64,000 nt of DNA from Gemmatimonadales bacterium (GCA_965249575.1 OZ252244.1:1376001-1440000); one strand, 5' to 3'. Positions 48,185 through 59,758 are shown, counted from the first letter of the stretch. Numbers and translations are program-made. The notes: generated by a model not told the origin, from the sequence alone.

Positions 48185-49800
48185 GCCCTGCATTGGCCGC
48201 CTTCAAACTCATCGGCACGACGGGAGAACAGTCGGTCGACCTACCATTGGGTCGCGTGCTCGTGGTTGGGCGTGCCGTCACCAGTGATGTCCCCATCTAC
48301 GATCCCACCATTTCGCGCCGCCACGCCGAGGTCACGGAGACAGATGGCGGCGTAAAGGTCAAGGACCTCGGATCGAGTAACGGAACGTTCGTGAACGGCA
48401 CGCGCGTCGCAGAGGCGGTGGTCACCGAGGGCGATGTCGTGGCATTCGGCAAGGTCGCATTCAACGTCCGGGCGGTCACGCCGCCAACCGCGAGACCGGC
48501 GGTACCGGACGAGTCCGCGTTCGGCGCAAAGGCCCCGCCCGGGGCGACCATCGTTCGGAAGATGCCGGACTCCGGAGGGGTTTCGGCCGTGGGGGACCGC
48601 CCCAGCGCCGCCGCGCAGTTGAAACTGACTGGCGAGTCCGTGGAGGAGCGGCAAGCCAAAAAGCTGAGCCTCCTCCTGGACATCTCGAAAGAGCTCTCAA
48701 AGCAACAAGAAGTCGACAAGCTGCTCGAGAAAGTCGTCGATATCACCTTCGAGGTGATGAGCGTCGACCGCGTTTCCATCCTGATGGTCGAGGAAGTCTC
48801 CGGCGAGCTGGTGCCCCGCGTGTCGAAGAACCGCCTCGGAGATTCGGGCGGCAGCCGCCATGTGCCGCAATCGATCGCGCGCCGGGCCGTGAACGAGCGT
48901 CTCGCGATCCTCACCGACAACGCGGCGGCGGATGAACGGTTCAAGGGCAAGTCTATCGTCATGCAGAGCGTCCGAAGTGCGATGTGCAGCCCGCTCATGG
49001 GTGGGGACGGAAACGTGCTTGGGATTATTTACGTGGACAACATGACTGCGACGAATTCGTTCGGGGACGAGGACCTGGAGTTTCTCATCGCGTTTTCGGG
49101 CATCGCGGCCGTCGCCATCGAGAACGGACAGCTCACGGAGCGGGTCCGGAGGGAGGCCGTCGTCCTGTCGAATTTCCAGCGCTACTTCGCTCCGAGTCTC
49201 GTCGACCAGATCGCCGGCCAGGAGGGCGTGATCCAGCTCGGCGGATCGAAGCGTCCCGTGGTGGTGTTCTTCAGCGACACCAGAGGCTTCACGGCAATGT
49301 CGGAGTCGATGGTGCCCGACGATATCGCGACATTGCTCACCGAATATTTCACGGAGATGGTGGAGATCGTTTTCCAGCACGGGGGCACACTCCACAAGTT
49401 CATGGGCGATGCGATCATGGCGCTCTGGGGCGCACCGTTGGAGCAGGACGACGACGCCGATCGCGCCATGAGCGCGGCGCTCGACATGCAGAGCGTCTTG
49501 GAGGAACTGAACGCCAAATGGGCCGAGCAGGGACGCGCGCCCGTGAAGATCGGCATCGGCATCAACTTCGGTGAGGTGTTCGCCGGAAACATCGGGAGCG
49601 ATCGCCGCCTCGAGTACACGGTGATCGGAGACGCCGTCAACACGGCGTCGCGACTCTGCTCGAAGGCCGGCCCTACAGAGATCCTGATGTCCGAGCCGTT
49701 TTACAAGGCGCTGAAAAGCCCACCCGACGTCGACGCGCTGGAGCCCCTGCAGCTCAAGGGCAAAGCGCAAGCAGTTCCGGTCTACCGCGTGAAGCGATAA
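48181..49800 (+). CDS. FHA-GAF-class III adenylate cyclase
   Basis: FHA motifs GR, SRRH and DLGSSNGT; GAF SVRSAMCSPL; cyclase FSD..GFT, KFMGDA and EYTVIGDAVNTASRL. Confidence 0.93.
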   Translation: MSPALAAFKLIGTTGEQSVDLPLGRVLVVGRAVTSDVPIYDPTISRRHAEVTETDGGVKVKDLGSSNGTFVNGTRVAEAVVTEGDVVAFGKVAFNVRAVTPPTARPAVPDESAFGAKAPPGATIVRKMPDSGGVSAVGDRPSAAAQLKLTGESVEERQAKKLSLLLDISKELSKQQEVDKLLEKVVDITFEVMSVDRVSILMVEEVSGELVPRVSKNRLGDSGGSRHVPQSIARRAVNERLAILTDNAAADERFKGKSIVMQSVRSAMCSPLMGGDGNVLGIIYVDNMTATNSFGDEDLEFLIAFSGIAAVAIENGQLTERVRREAVVLSNFQRYFAPSLVDQIAGQEGVIQLGGSKRPVVVFFSDTRGFTAMSESMVPDDIATLLTEYFTEMVEIVFQHGGTLHKFMGDAIMALWGAPLEQDDDADRAMSAALDMQSVLEELNAKWAEQGRAPVKIGIGINFGEVFAGNIGSDRRLEYTVIGDAVNTASRLCSKAGPTEILMSEPFYKALKSPPDVDALEPLQLKGKAQAVPVYRVKR

Positions 49801-50354
49801 GGCCGTCCCGCCCCTTCGAGCAGGTCGACTACGTGACGGAGCGGCAACCCCATCACGCCGAAGAAATCTCCGTCGATCCGCTCTATCAGTACCGCGCCGA
49901 ACCCCTGTATCCCGTACGCTCCGGCCTTGTCCAGTGGCTCCCCAGTCGCCACGTAGGCGCGCACCATCTCCGCATCGAGCGGCCGAAACCGCACCCGCGT
50001 CACATCGAGCCGGTCATCGATCTGGTCGCCGTGCGCGAGAGCGACCGCAGTCACTACTTCGTGCTCAGCACCCTGTAGTAGAGACAACATCGCCTCGGCC
50101 TCCGCCGCCGAGCCCGGCTTGCCGATCGGCTCCCCTCCAATGACAACGATCGTGTCCGCCCCCAGCACGTGGTCGGCGGGGCGGCGGCGGGCGATCGCGA
50201 GTGCCTTTGTTCGCGCGAGACGTGTCGCGGCTTCGGCCGGGGTTTCCCCCACGTGTTGGCGCTCGTCGATCTCTGGCGGCTCCACCGCGTGCGGGATACC
50301 GAGCATGTCGAGTAGCTGTGTGCGGCGAGGCGAGCTCGATGCCAGAACGATCAT
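49782..50354 (-). CDS. maf: Maf nucleotide pyrophosphatase
   Basis: [12 protein letters not shown] and [10 protein letters not shown] motifs. Confidence 0.95.
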   Translation of the reverse strand: MIVLASSSPRRTQLLDMLGIPHAVEPPEIDERQHVGETPAEAATRLARTKALAIARRRPADHVLGADTIVVIGGEPIGKPGSAAEAEAMLSLLQGAEHEVVTAVALAHGDQIDDRLDVTRVRFRPLDAEMVRAYVATGEPLDKAGAYGIQGFGAVLIERIDGDFFGVMGLPLRHVVDLLEGAGRPYRFTR

Positions 50355-50788
50355 CGCTCGAGGATGATGGTCACCGGCCCGTCGTTCACGAGCTCGACCT
50401 GCATCGCCGCGCCGAACCGGCCAGTCGCAACTGGAAGCTCACGACGCCGAAGAGCGTCGACGAACGTTTCGTATAACGGGATGGCTCGCTCCGGTGGCGC
50501 CGCCCGCACGAACGATGGCCGCCGGCCCTTATCGGTGTTTCCATAGAGCGTGAACTGGGACACCACTAGCACCGCGCCGCCCACCTCCGCGAGATCCTGG
50601 TTCATCTTCCCGGCCTCATCGGGAAAGAGCCGCAGTCCCGCGATCTTTTCCGCCATCCATTCCACCTGCGTATCCTCGTCGCTCCCGGTGAACCCGACGA
50701 GAATCAGATAGCCGCGCTCGATGGAGCCAACCACCTCCTCGTCAACGGTCACGGAGGCACGCGACACCCGCTGCAGCACGGCTCTCAG
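50351..50788 (-). CDS. dtd: D-aminoacyl-tRNA deacylase; probable CTG start
   Basis: (M)[18 protein letters not shown] and NDGPVT motifs. Confidence 0.95.
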   Translation of the reverse strand: MRAVLQRVSRASVTVDEEVVGSIERGYLILVGFTGSDEDTQVEWMAEKIAGLRLFPDEAGKMNQDLAEVGGAVLVVSQFTLYGNTDKGRRPSFVRAAPPERAIPLYETFVDALRRRELPVATGRFGAAMQVELVNDGPVTIILER

Positions 50789-50819
50789 CGCACGGGCCCC
50801 CGTACAATGTCGCCGGGGG

Positions 50820-52646
50820 TCACTCTACCGTCACGGATTTGGCGAGATTTCTCGGTTGATCGACATCACAGCCGCGCTCGACAGCGGTGTAGTAGGCTAG
50901 TAGCTGCAGGGGGATCACGCTCAATACCGGCGTCAGCAAGTCGATGGCCCCTGGAATAGTGATCAAGTGATCGGCGAGTCCCGCGATCTCCTCGTCCCCC
51001 TCGGTAACGACCGAGATGACGCGACCGTGTCGGGCTTTCACTTCCTGGATGTTGGAAACGATCTTCCGGTACACCGCGTCGTGCGGAGCGATAAACACCA
51101 CCGGCATTGAATCATCTATCAACGCAATGGGACCGTGCTTCATTTCGGCAGCCGGGTATCCCTCGGCGTGAAGGTACGAAATTTCCTTGAGCTTGAGCGC
51201 ACCCTCCAAGGCCACCGGAAAATTGACGCCACGCCCCAAATAGAGGGCATTGGAGCACCCCGCGAACGCGGGGACCAGTCGCTCCACTTGTTCGGCGCGT
51301 GAGAGTACCTCGGCAATTTGGTCGGGCAGCTGTAACAGCGCTCTCACGACGTCCCGGCCCTGGAGCACGGAGAGGGCATGCAGCCTGCCAAGCCGCAGGG
51401 TGAGCATGGCCAGGGCCACGATCTCGCAGGTGAACGCCTTGGTGCTCGCAACCCCGATCTCGGGACCCGCGTGAATGTAGATCCCGCCATATACTTCTCG
51501 GGCTATCGAGCTGCCCACGACGTTGACGATCCCCACCGTCCGCGCTCCGCGCCGCCGCGCCTCTCGCAGAGCCGCGAGCGTATCTGCGGTCTCACCGCTC
51601 TGAGAAATCCCAACTACCAGCGTCCGCTCGTTCACGATCGGATTGCGATACCGAAACTCCGAGGCGTACTCGACCTCGGTTGGAATCCGGGCGAACTCTT
51701 CAAGCATGTATTCACCGATCAGCGCCGCGTGCCACGAGGTCCCGCAGGCCGTCAGGACGACGCGATCGACAGAGAGCAAGGCCTCATCAGACAGGTTCAG
51801 TCCGCTCAGCCGGGCGCTTCCCTCATCTTCGAGTAGCCGTCCGCGGAGCGTGTTCCGGACGCTGTCCGGCTGCTCCATGATCTCCTTGAGCATGAAATGC
51901 CTGAATCCGCCACGTTCGACCGTATCTCGGTCCCAATCCACCGTGCTCACCCGCTTCTGGACGCCCTTCGTGTCCAGGTCGGTGATCGCATACCCCTTCC
52001 CGCTGATGACCGCGACCTCGCCGTCATCCAGATAGACCACGGATCGGGTGTATTGCAGGACCGCCGCCGCATCGGAGGCGACGAAGTACTCTTCGTCGCC
52101 GAGGCCGACCAGAAGCGGCGAGCCGTTCCGGGCCGCCACGAGCTTCCCAGGCTCCCGCGCTGACACGACCGCAATGCCGTAGGTGCCGTCCACCTGCTTC
52201 AGCGCGGCGGCCACGGCCCCCTCCAACGAGTTGTCGTAGGCCTCCTCGATGAGGTGCGCGATGACTTCCGTATCGGTCTCGGAACGGAAGGTGTGCCCCT
52301 GCTCGACCAGGCGGGTCCGGAGGACAGTGGCGTTCTCGATGATCCCGTTATGGACGATCGCAACGGTTCCGCTCGAGTTGATGTGAGGATGCGCGTTCGT
52401 CGTATTGGGTACGCCGTGGGTGGCCCAACGGGTGTGCGAAATCGCGACGTGCCCGGAAGGGGCGCGCCCATCCAGCTGCGCTTCCAGCGCCCCGATCTTC
52501 CCTGCCGTCTTCTCGACGACCACCTTTCCGTCCTGTACCACTGCCAGGCCGGCGGAATCGTAGCCCCGGTACTCGAGCCGTTTCAGCGCCTCCAAGACCA
52601 GGGGCACCGCCTCGCGTTTCCCGACATATCCGACTATCCCGCACAT
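50820..52646 (-). CDS. glmS: Glutamine-fructose-6-phosphate transaminase
   Basis: [20 protein letters not shown] and [11 protein letters not shown] motifs. Confidence 0.98.
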   Translation of the reverse strand: MCGIVGYVGKREAVPLVLEALKRLEYRGYDSAGLAVVQDGKVVVEKTAGKIGALEAQLDGRAPSGHVAISHTRWATHGVPNTTNAHPHINSSGTVAIVHNGIIENATVLRTRLVEQGHTFRSETDTEVIAHLIEEAYDNSLEGAVAAALKQVDGTYGIAVVSAREPGKLVAARNGSPLLVGLGDEEYFVASDAAAVLQYTRSVVYLDDGEVAVISGKGYAITDLDTKGVQKRVSTVDWDRDTVERGGFRHFMLKEIMEQPDSVRNTLRGRLLEDEGSARLSGLNLSDEALLSVDRVVLTACGTSWHAALIGEYMLEEFARIPTEVEYASEFRYRNPIVNERTLVVGISQSGETADTLAALREARRRGARTVGIVNVVGSSIAREVYGGIYIHAGPEIGVASTKAFTCEIVALAMLTLRLGRLHALSVLQGRDVVRALLQLPDQIAEVLSRAEQVERLVPAFAGCSNALYLGRGVNFPVALEGALKLKEISYLHAEGYPAAEMKHGPIALIDDSMPVVFIAPHDAVYRKIVSNIQEVKARHGRVISVVTEGDEEIAGLADHLITIPGAIDLLTPVLSVIPLQLLAYYTAVERGCDVDQPRNLAKSVTVE

Positions 52647-52663
52647 CTAGGCGCACTCCTCAC

Positions 52664-54019
52664 TTAGCGCTGACCCGCTTTCCGGGCCGCGTCGATCAAC
52701 GCCGTCGCCTCGGACCCCGATGGGGCTTCGGCAATGTACCGCACGATCGGCTCGGTGCCCGATGGCCGAACGTGCAGCCACCGATCTCGCCACGCCAGCC
52801 GAAGACCATCCTGCTTGTCCACTGTGGCGTCAGGAAAACCCTGCTCGAGCGCCTCATAGAGACCCGCCAGCTCGCCGCCCGTCGGCACCTTGTCCTTCAC
52901 GATGTTGTATCGCGGTTGCGACGACACGAGCTGGCTCACGGGCGCTTGCGTACGAGCGAGGAGGGTCAAGACGAGCGCCGCCGCTACCGGCGCGTCGCGA
53001 CCGAGATGCAATGATGGAAGAATCACACCTCCGTTCCCCTCTCCACCGATCACCGCACCCCTCTCGCGCATGACCCGCGCCACGTTGGCCTCCCCGACCG
53101 GTGCCCGGTCTAGCTGAACCCCGAAATCGCGTGCCGCGTCCTCGACCACCAACGAGGTCGAGAGGTTCGCGACCACGGGGCCTGGTCGGTCAGGGAGAAC
53201 CGCCCGCACGGCGAAGGCCAGAGTGTAGTCCTCCCCGATGGCCGAGCCGTGCTCGTCGGTGATGGCCAGCCGGTCCACGTCGGGATCGACCGCCATGCCA
53301 ACATCCGCACCCTGCTCCCGAACGAGCGCGCCCAGCAACTGCAGGTTCTCGGGCACCGGTTCGGGGGGACGCGGGAACCGGCCGTCGGCCTCGAGATTGA
53401 TGCCGTGAACGTGGCATCCCAGCGCCTCTAGCAGCTTCGGAACCATCGTGCCGCCGGCTCCTCGCACGCAGTCGAGTGCGACCGTGAAGCCGCGAGACTG
53501 GATGCGCTCCACCTCGAGCTCTGACATGCCCAGGACACCGTCGAGGTGGCGCTGCACAGCCCCGGGGTCGTCGACGAGCGAGCCGACTCCGTCCCATGCC
53601 GTACGCTCGATCGCGCCGTTCTCCGCCGCCGCTCTCAGCCGTTCACCGCTGTCCCGATCGAGAAACAGACCGTCCGGCCCAATGAACTTGAGGGCGTTCC
53701 ACTCGACGGGGTTGTGACTAGCGGTGATGACGATGCCACCGCCCGCCCGATGATGCTCGACCGCAAGCTGCGCAGTCGGCGTGGGTACCAACCCACAGTC
53801 GATGACCCGGCAGCCCACCGACTGGAGCCCGGCGCTGGCTGCGGCAGCAAACATCGGGCCCGACGTGCGGGCGTCCCGCGCCAAGACCACCACCGGGGCC
53901 GCGTCCGAGCGGGCCAAAAAGCCGAAGGCCGCCGCATAGCGAGCGATGAACTCTGGCGTGAGATCGGTACCGACGAGGCCTCTGACGCCCGAAACGCTGA
54001 TCATGAGCGTTTCACTCAT
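52664..54019 (-). CDS. glmM: Phosphoglucosamine mutase (alpha-D-phosphohexomutase)
   Basis: TASHNP, DPDVDR, GEGNG and RPSGTEP motifs; adjacent to glmS. Confidence 0.88.
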   Translation of the reverse strand: MSETLMISVSGVRGLVGTDLTPEFIARYAAAFGFLARSDAAPVVVLARDARTSGPMFAAAASAGLQSVGCRVIDCGLVPTPTAQLAVEHHRAGGGIVITASHNPVEWNALKFIGPDGLFLDRDSGERLRAAAENGAIERTAWDGVGSLVDDPGAVQRHLDGVLGMSELEVERIQSRGFTVALDCVRGAGGTMVPKLLEALGCHVHGINLEADGRFPRPPEPVPENLQLLGALVREQGADVGMAVDPDVDRLAITDEHGSAIGEDYTLAFAVRAVLPDRPGPVVANLSTSLVVEDAARDFGVQLDRAPVGEANVARVMRERGAVIGGEGNGGVILPSLHLGRDAPVAAALVLTLLARTQAPVSQLVSSQPRYNIVKDKVPTGGELAGLYEALEQGFPDATVDKQDGLRLAWRDRWLHVRPSGTEPIVRYIAEAPSGSEATALIDAARKAGQR

Positions 54020-54354
54020 GCCAGAAGTTAGCCGACCGAAGGGGAAAAACCACTGTAATCAAGGCGATTAGCCGGTGAGGATTCGGGAGGCCGGAATTCC
54101 CGTGGATTTCAACGATCGCGGGAGGGCTTCGTCATGCATGCCGCCACCCCCCCTCAAACCATCCCCTACCCCTAACACTGTTGGCTGGGCTCCTCGCCAC
54201 CGCGGCCGGCGTGTGCCATGGCATTCCTGTTTTCGGCACCTCGCATGCGGAGCGTGGGGTGGCCCAGGCGGGAGTCAAGCACGCCTCGCCGATCTCCTTG
54301 CTGCAGCGGTAAGGCCGCGTTTATGTTCCGCTTTCCCATCGGTTTGAGAATTCA

Positions 54355-55542
54355 ATGACGCGAATCTTCGATGAGGATCTGAACGGGTCGTTGGCCACCC
54401 GAGCCGTCCACGCCGGGCAACGTCCGGATGAGTCGACCGGGGCGATCATGCCTCCGGTCTACCAGACGTCAACCTACGTCCAGGATGGGCTGGGAAAGCA
54501 CAAGGGCTTCGATTACGCCCGAACTAGAAATCCCACACGGGACGCGTTCGAGCGTAACGTGGCCGCCTTGGAGGGAGCCCAGCACGGGCTCGCGTTCGCG
54601 TCGGGGTTGGCCGCGACTGACGCCGTGTTGAAGCTGCTGTCGGCAGGGGACCACGTGGTCTGCGGGGAAAACCTTTACGGCGGTACGCACCGCTTGATGT
54701 CGCAAGTGTACGCGCGCCTGGGGTTGGCATTCACGTTCGTGGATACGCGCTCGATCGCCGGCATCGAGGCCGGACTAACGCCCGCCACCAGCATGATCTT
54801 CGTCGAAACGCCGACGAATCCCATGATGAGATTGACCGATCTCGAGGCGGTGTGCGCGCTCGCCAGAGACCGCGATCTCATCAGTGTGGTGGACAACACG
54901 TTTGCAACCCCGTGTTTCCAGCTCCCCGTTCGCGCGGGTGCGGACGTCGTGCTGCATTCGACCACGAAATACTTGAATGGGCACAGCGACATGATCGGCG
55001 GCGTTCTCGTCACCGATCGCGACGACCTCGCCGACGCGCTCGCTTTCCAACAAAACGCGACTGGCGCCGTTCCAGGACCAATGGACTGCTGGCTCGCGCT
55101 CCGTGGTATCAAGACCCTGGCCGTCCGAATGAAGCAGCATGACGCCGGCGGCCGGCGGATCGCATCGTGGCTGACCGAGCATCCAGCGGTCCAGCACGTT
55201 TACTACCCTGGACTGCCGGACCACGAACAGCACGAGCTCGCGTGCCGGCAAATGTCGGGATTCGGGGGGATGATCTCGGTCGAGCTGGGCTCGCTCGCGA
55301 ACGCCCGGGTCGTGTCCGAGAGCACGACCCTGTTCGCCCTCGCCGAGTCGTTAGGGGGTGTCGAGAGCCTGATCGGACACCCCGCGAGCATGACCCACGC
55401 CAGTGTCCCAACGGAGATGCGCGAGGCGATGGGGCTGACCGACGGATTGGTGCGCCTGTCGGTGGGCATCGAGGACACCGACGACTTGATTGCCGACTTG
55501 GAACGCGCGCTCAATCGCGTAGGTCAGCGACCGGCCGGCTGA
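54355..55542 (+). CDS. Cystathionine gamma-synthase/gamma-lyase (PLP)
   Basis: YARTRNPT, ETPTNP, DNTF, HSTTKYLNGHSD and AESLGG motifs. Confidence 0.93.
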   Translation: MTRIFDEDLNGSLATRAVHAGQRPDESTGAIMPPVYQTSTYVQDGLGKHKGFDYARTRNPTRDAFERNVAALEGAQHGLAFASGLAATDAVLKLLSAGDHVVCGENLYGGTHRLMSQVYARLGLAFTFVDTRSIAGIEAGLTPATSMIFVETPTNPMMRLTDLEAVCALARDRDLISVVDNTFATPCFQLPVRAGADVVLHSTTKYLNGHSDMIGGVLVTDRDDLADALAFQQNATGAVPGPMDCWLALRGIKTLAVRMKQHDAGGRRIASWLTEHPAVQHVYYPGLPDHEQHELACRQMSGFGGMISVELGSLANARVVSESTTLFALAESLGGVESLIGHPASMTHASVPTEMREAMGLTDGLVRLSVGIEDTDDLIADLERALNRVGQRPAG

Positions 55543-55619
55543 AACCGCGCGCGCTGCCGCGCGTACGGTACGGCGTGATAGCGGCCACGCGTCACGCAAC
55601 CTTACATGCGGAGGCAACT

Positions 55620-56630
55620 ATGAGCGACTCACCTGACGGCGGCGCGGGCGCTCGCCCTCGAGTCGTCCTGTCCGAAATCGCGCCGGTAAGTTGGGAGCAC
55701 CCCGCCGATCGCGCTGCGCTGCAAGCACTGCGCGCAGTACCCGGGTTCGATGAAGCGGTGCGAAAAATCGTGGGGTTTTTCGGAGAGCGCGGAATCCGAC
55801 TCCTGTTCCAGGCGAACGCCGTGCGGGTGGGGCCGACTCAGTTCCCCACACTCGACGGCCTCCTGACCGAAGTGGCGACGACGCTCGACTGGCCCGACCG
55901 GCCAGAGCTGTACGTCACCCAGACGCCCTTGGTAAACGCTGGCGCCGTCGGCGTGGACAAGCCGTTCATCGTTCTGAACTCGGGTGCGGTTCACCTGCTC
56001 GACGAAAACGAAACGCGGGTCCTCATCGCGCACGAATTGGGACACGTGATGAGCGGCCACGCGCTCTACCGGACCGTGCTGATCCTCCTGCTGGCCCTCG
56101 GGTTTCAGAATCTCCCGTTTCTCGCCGGGCTCGCCCTGCTGCCAATCAAGCTGGCACTCTTGGAGTGGTTCCGGAAAAGCGAGCTCTCGGCCGATCGTGC
56201 AGGGCTGCTCGGCAGCCAAGATCCGGACGCGTCGATGGGAGTCTTCTTGAAACTCGCCGGTGGAGGATCTAGCGAGGACACAGACCTCCACGCGTTCCTG
56301 GCCCAGGCGCGGGAGTACGAAGATGCCGGCGGCGCCCTAGACACGATTTACAAGATCCTGAACACTCTGGGTGCGACACACCCATTCAATACGCTCCGGG
56401 CAGCCGAACTCGATCGGTGGACAGAGGCGGGTGCCTACCAGAAAATCCTGAACGGCGAATACACACGGCGCGGCGCAGAGCCTGAAGACCGCTCGCTCGG
56501 ACAGGATCTCGGGGAGGCGGCGACCCACTACGCAGATGAAGCCCGGAAGACGGTTGGACATGTCGCCGATGCCGCCAAGCGCGCCGCGCAGGCGTTCACC
56601 GACGCGTTCAAGGATCCCGGCCAGCGGTGA
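55620..56630 (+). CDS. M48-family zinc metallopeptidase
   Basis: GGAGG RBS; WEHPADR, HELGH, ELSADR and THP motifs. Confidence 0.92.
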   Translation: MSDSPDGGAGARPRVVLSEIAPVSWEHPADRAALQALRAVPGFDEAVRKIVGFFGERGIRLLFQANAVRVGPTQFPTLDGLLTEVATTLDWPDRPELYVTQTPLVNAGAVGVDKPFIVLNSGAVHLLDENETRVLIAHELGHVMSGHALYRTVLILLLALGFQNLPFLAGLALLPIKLALLEWFRKSELSADRAGLLGSQDPDASMGVFLKLAGGGSSEDTDLHAFLAQAREYEDAGGALDTIYKILNTLGATHPFNTLRAAELDRWTEAGAYQKILNGEYTRRGAEPEDRSLGQDLGEAATHYADEARKTVGHVADAAKRAAQAFTDAFKDPGQR

Positions 56631-57904
56631 AGGTGCTCGTCGTCGGGGGCGGCGGGCGCGAGCACGCGCTCGCGTGGGCATTCTCGCAGCAGGCCACCGT
56701 CCTCTGTGCGCCGGGCAATCCGGGCACCGCGCAGGTAGCCACAAACCTCCCGGTTGCCGTCACCGACCAGGCCGGCATCGTCGACGCGGCCCGAGAGCAC
56801 GAAATAGACCTCGCCGTGATCGGCCCCGAGGGCCCGCTCGCGGACGGACTGGCTGACCGGCTCTCGGCAGCTGGCCTCCCGGCGTTTGGCCCAAGCGCGC
56901 GGGCGGCTCGGATCGAGGCGTCGAAGGCATACGCGAAGCAAATCATGGAGCGGGCCGGGGTCCCGTGCGCGCCAAGCCGGAGCTTCACGAACGAACGCGA
57001 AGCGCTGCGGTACATCGACGCCCACTCCGAGCCGCTCGTGGTCAAGGCTTCGGGCCTCGCTGCCGGCAAGGGCGCGATCGTGTGCGAGGGCCGCTCCGAG
57101 GCCACTAAGGCGGCGCGGGAGATGTTCGCTGGTCGGTTTGGCAGCGCGGGCCGCGAGATCGTCGTTGAGGAGTTCCTGAGCGGCGAGGAGCTTTCGGTAC
57201 TGGCGCTCACCGATGGCGAGCAGGTCCTCATTCTCCCGCCCTCTCAAGACCACAAGCGTCTTGGAGAATCCGATACCGGGCCGAACACCGGCGGCATGGG
57301 CGCATACGCCCCGGTATCCCTCGCAGACGACGTGCTACTCGACACCATCCGAACGACGATCCTTCTCCCAGTCCTGGGAGCGTTGGCAACCGATGGCGCG
57401 ACCTATCGCGGCGTCCTCTACGCCGGGCTGATGATCTCAGACTCAGGTGTGCCGTCCGTGGTCGAGTTCAACTGCCGGTTTGGCGATCCCGAGGCGCAGG
57501 TCGTACTCCCTGTAGTCCGGGACGGCATCCTGGCACACCTGTGGGCCATCGCCGCGTCTGAGGCGTGGCGTCCGGAACGGAAAACCGCTCCCCATCGCGG
57601 GGCCGCCGTCACTACCGTGCTGGCGGCACCCGGCTATCCAGCGTCACCACGGAAGGGCGCGGCGATCTCGCTGCCGGCCCCACTGCCCGACGACACTCTC
57701 CTCTTTCACGCTGGGACGTCACTCGACGACGACGGGGTCCTCCGCACGGGCGGCGGCCGGGTGCTCTGCGCCACTGGAGTGGGTGTCGACATCGTGGGTG
57801 CCAGCGCGGCCAGCCAGCGCCTCGCCGAGGCGATCGAGTTCGACGGCAAGGTCTTCCGGCGGGACATCGCATGGCGCGAGGTTGCCCGTGCCGGAGCTGC
57901 CTGA
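56627..57904 (+). CDS. purD: Phosphoribosylamine-glycine ligase
   Basis: GGGGREHAL, APGNPG, QDHKR, NTGGMG and EFNCRFGDPE motifs. Confidence 0.97.
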   Translation: MKVLVVGGGGREHALAWAFSQQATVLCAPGNPGTAQVATNLPVAVTDQAGIVDAAREHEIDLAVIGPEGPLADGLADRLSAAGLPAFGPSARAARIEASKAYAKQIMERAGVPCAPSRSFTNEREALRYIDAHSEPLVVKASGLAAGKGAIVCEGRSEATKAAREMFAGRFGSAGREIVVEEFLSGEELSVLALTDGEQVLILPPSQDHKRLGESDTGPNTGGMGAYAPVSLADDVLLDTIRTTILLPVLGALATDGATYRGVLYAGLMISDSGVPSVVEFNCRFGDPEAQVVLPVVRDGILAHLWAIAASEAWRPERKTAPHRGAAVTTVLAAPGYPASPRKGAAISLPAPLPDDTLLFHAGTSLDDDGVLRTGGGRVLCATGVGVDIVGASAASQRLAEAIEFDGKVFRRDIAWREVARAGAA

Positions 57905-58724
57905 AGTCGAGACCATCGTCCGCGAGCTCGACCCGCACGTTCGCGGCCGGCGCCTGTCCCAACCACGACTTTTTCACCACGACGTCTTGAGGGGCGTGAG
58001 TGCCCGCCGACTCGCGCGAGCGCTCGACGGCACCCGCGTCGTCAACCTCTCTCGGCGCGCCAAGCACGCAGTGTTCCTACTCGAGACCGGCCATCGGATG
58101 GTGATCCAGCCAAGAATGTCCGGAGCTCTGTTGATCTACGACAGGGCACTCACACAGGAGGAGGCGCGGTACGCGGTGCTGCAGGTCCGTGTGGGGCGGG
58201 GATCGCTGCTCGTCTATCGGGACGTACGACGCCTGGGAACGATCTCCCTATTGAACGAAGGGACTTGGCAGGCCTATACTGATCGAATCGGACCGGAACC
58301 GCTGGACGAGGACTTCAGCGTCGACCGGTTCGCGGCACAGCTTCGCACGAGCCGCCAAGCCGCCAAGAAAGCGCTCATGGATCAGCGAAAGCTCGCGGGT
58401 GTGGGCAACATCTACGCGAACGAGGCCCTGTTTCGCGCCCGCATCGATCCCTCCCGACCCGCACGTGATCTCCTGCCGGAGGAAATCGCGCGGCTCTATC
58501 GCGCGGTCCGAGGCGTGCTGCGGGGAGCTATCAAGGCGAAAGGCACGACCTTCCGCGACTATCGCACGGGCACCGGCGAAAGAGGGGCGTTTCAGTTCGC
58601 GCTCCACGCCTACGGGCGGGGAGGGCGCCCCTGCCGCCGGTGCGGAACGCGGCTGGTCACGACGCACGCGATCGACGGCCGATCCACCACTTTTTGCTGG
58701 CGCTGTCAGGGCGCACATCAATGA
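57888..58724 (+). CDS. mutM: Formamidopyrimidine-DNA glycosylase
   Basis: (M)PELPEVE, DVRRLG, GVGNIYANE and C-terminal CRRC...CWRC. Confidence 0.96.
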   Translation: MPELPEVETIVRELDPHVRGRRLSQPRLFHHDVLRGVSARRLARALDGTRVVNLSRRAKHAVFLLETGHRMVIQPRMSGALLIYDRALTQEEARYAVLQVRVGRGSLLVYRDVRRLGTISLLNEGTWQAYTDRIGPEPLDEDFSVDRFAAQLRTSRQAAKKALMDQRKLAGVGNIYANEALFRARIDPSRPARDLLPEEIARLYRAVRGVLRGAIKAKGTTFRDYRTGTGERGAFQFALHAYGRGGRPCRRCGTRLVTTHAIDGRSTTFCWRCQGAHQ

Positions 58725-59758
58725 AGATAGCAGTCGTTTTCGATACGCCATACGAGGGATGGGAAGACGAGGACTTCCGAGAGGACATGGCGGGCCTCGA
58801 CGCGCGTGAAGACCCCGACTATGTCGAAGATGCGGAGTACGAGGTCGCCGACGCACTCCAGGTTAACGGGCATGACGTGCTGCTCGTCGGGGTGCATGCC
58901 GACCTCCATCATGTGCTCGAGAGCCTCAAGCAGTTTTCGCCCGATCTCGTCTTCAACTGCGTCGAGGCCTTTCGGGACGATCCGACACACGACTACCTCG
59001 TCCCGGCGCTCCTAGAGGCCGAGGGATATCGCTTCACGGGCGCGCCCCCGCTGGGACTACTCACGACCCGCAACAAGGCCATGAGCAAGCAGGTGCTGGC
59101 CTATCACGACATCAGGGTACCGGGATTCGCCACGTACCGGATATCAGAGAGCGTCACAGGCGATCCCGGGCTCGCGTTTCCGCTCATCGTGAAGCCCTTG
59201 CAGGAAGACGCTTCTGCAGGAATCGCTCAGGCGTCGGTCGTGCGCGACCGCTCCTCGCTCGGGGAGCGTGTGAGTTTCGTCCATAGCGCCTTCTCCCAGC
59301 CCGCCATCGCCGAGGAATTCGTCGAAGGCCGAGAGCTGTACGTGAGCATGGTTGGTAACGGCGAACGCCTCGAAATACTGCCCATGGTCGAGATGGTCTT
59401 CGACAAGCGGCGCACGAAGCCAGAGGAGCGGATCGCCACCAAGTCGGCGAAGTGGAACGTGGCGTATCGGGACCGGAAAGGAATCCGCAACGTGTTTGCG
59501 CGGCCCATCGCACGCCAGGTGCGGGAGCGCATCGAAGAGATTTGTAAGACGGCCTATCGAGCCCTCTGGCTGCGTGACTACGCCCGTCTGGACGTGCGAC
59601 TGACGGAGGCCGGCGATGCCTGGGTGATCGAGGCGAACGCCAATCCGTTCATCGGCTACGGGCACGATATGTCCAACGCCGCCGAGAAGGCGGGCATGGA
59701 CTATTATCAGTTTGTGCAGAGGATCGTCGACGAGGCCATGGGCAGATATGGGTGCTAG
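58721..59758 (+). CDS. D-Ala-D-Ala-ligase-like ATP-grasp protein
   Basis: VFNCVE, IVKP..EDASAGI, EEFVEGRE, RDYARLDVR and IEANANP; lacks the GGxSxE start of canonical Ddl. Confidence 0.88.
   Translation: MKIAVVFDTPYEGWEDEDFREDMAGLDAREDPDYVEDAEYEVADALQVNGHDVLLVGVHADLHHVLESLKQFSPDLVFNCVEAFRDDPTHDYLVPALLEAEGYRFTGAPPLGLLTTRNKAMSKQVLAYHDIRVPGFATYRISESVTGDPGLAFPLIVKPLQEDASAGIAQASVVRDRSSLGERVSFVHSAFSQPAIAEEFVEGRELYVSMVGNGERLEILPMVEMVFDKRRTKPEERIATKSAKWNVAYRDRKGIRNVFARPIARQVRERIEEICKTAYRALWLRDYARLDVRLTEAGDAWVIEANANPFIGYGHDMSNAAEKAGMDYYQFVQRIVDEAMGRYGC

Noticed and set aside
54020..54354. SAM or glmS riboswitch in the glmM / cystathionine synthase intergenic region
   Set aside because: No conserved riboswitch motifs recognisable by eye; an Rfam scan would be needed.
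58721..59758. Canonical ddl assignment
   Set aside because: It lacks the N-terminal GGxSxE and HGxxGEDG motifs and is not in a cell-wall gene cluster.
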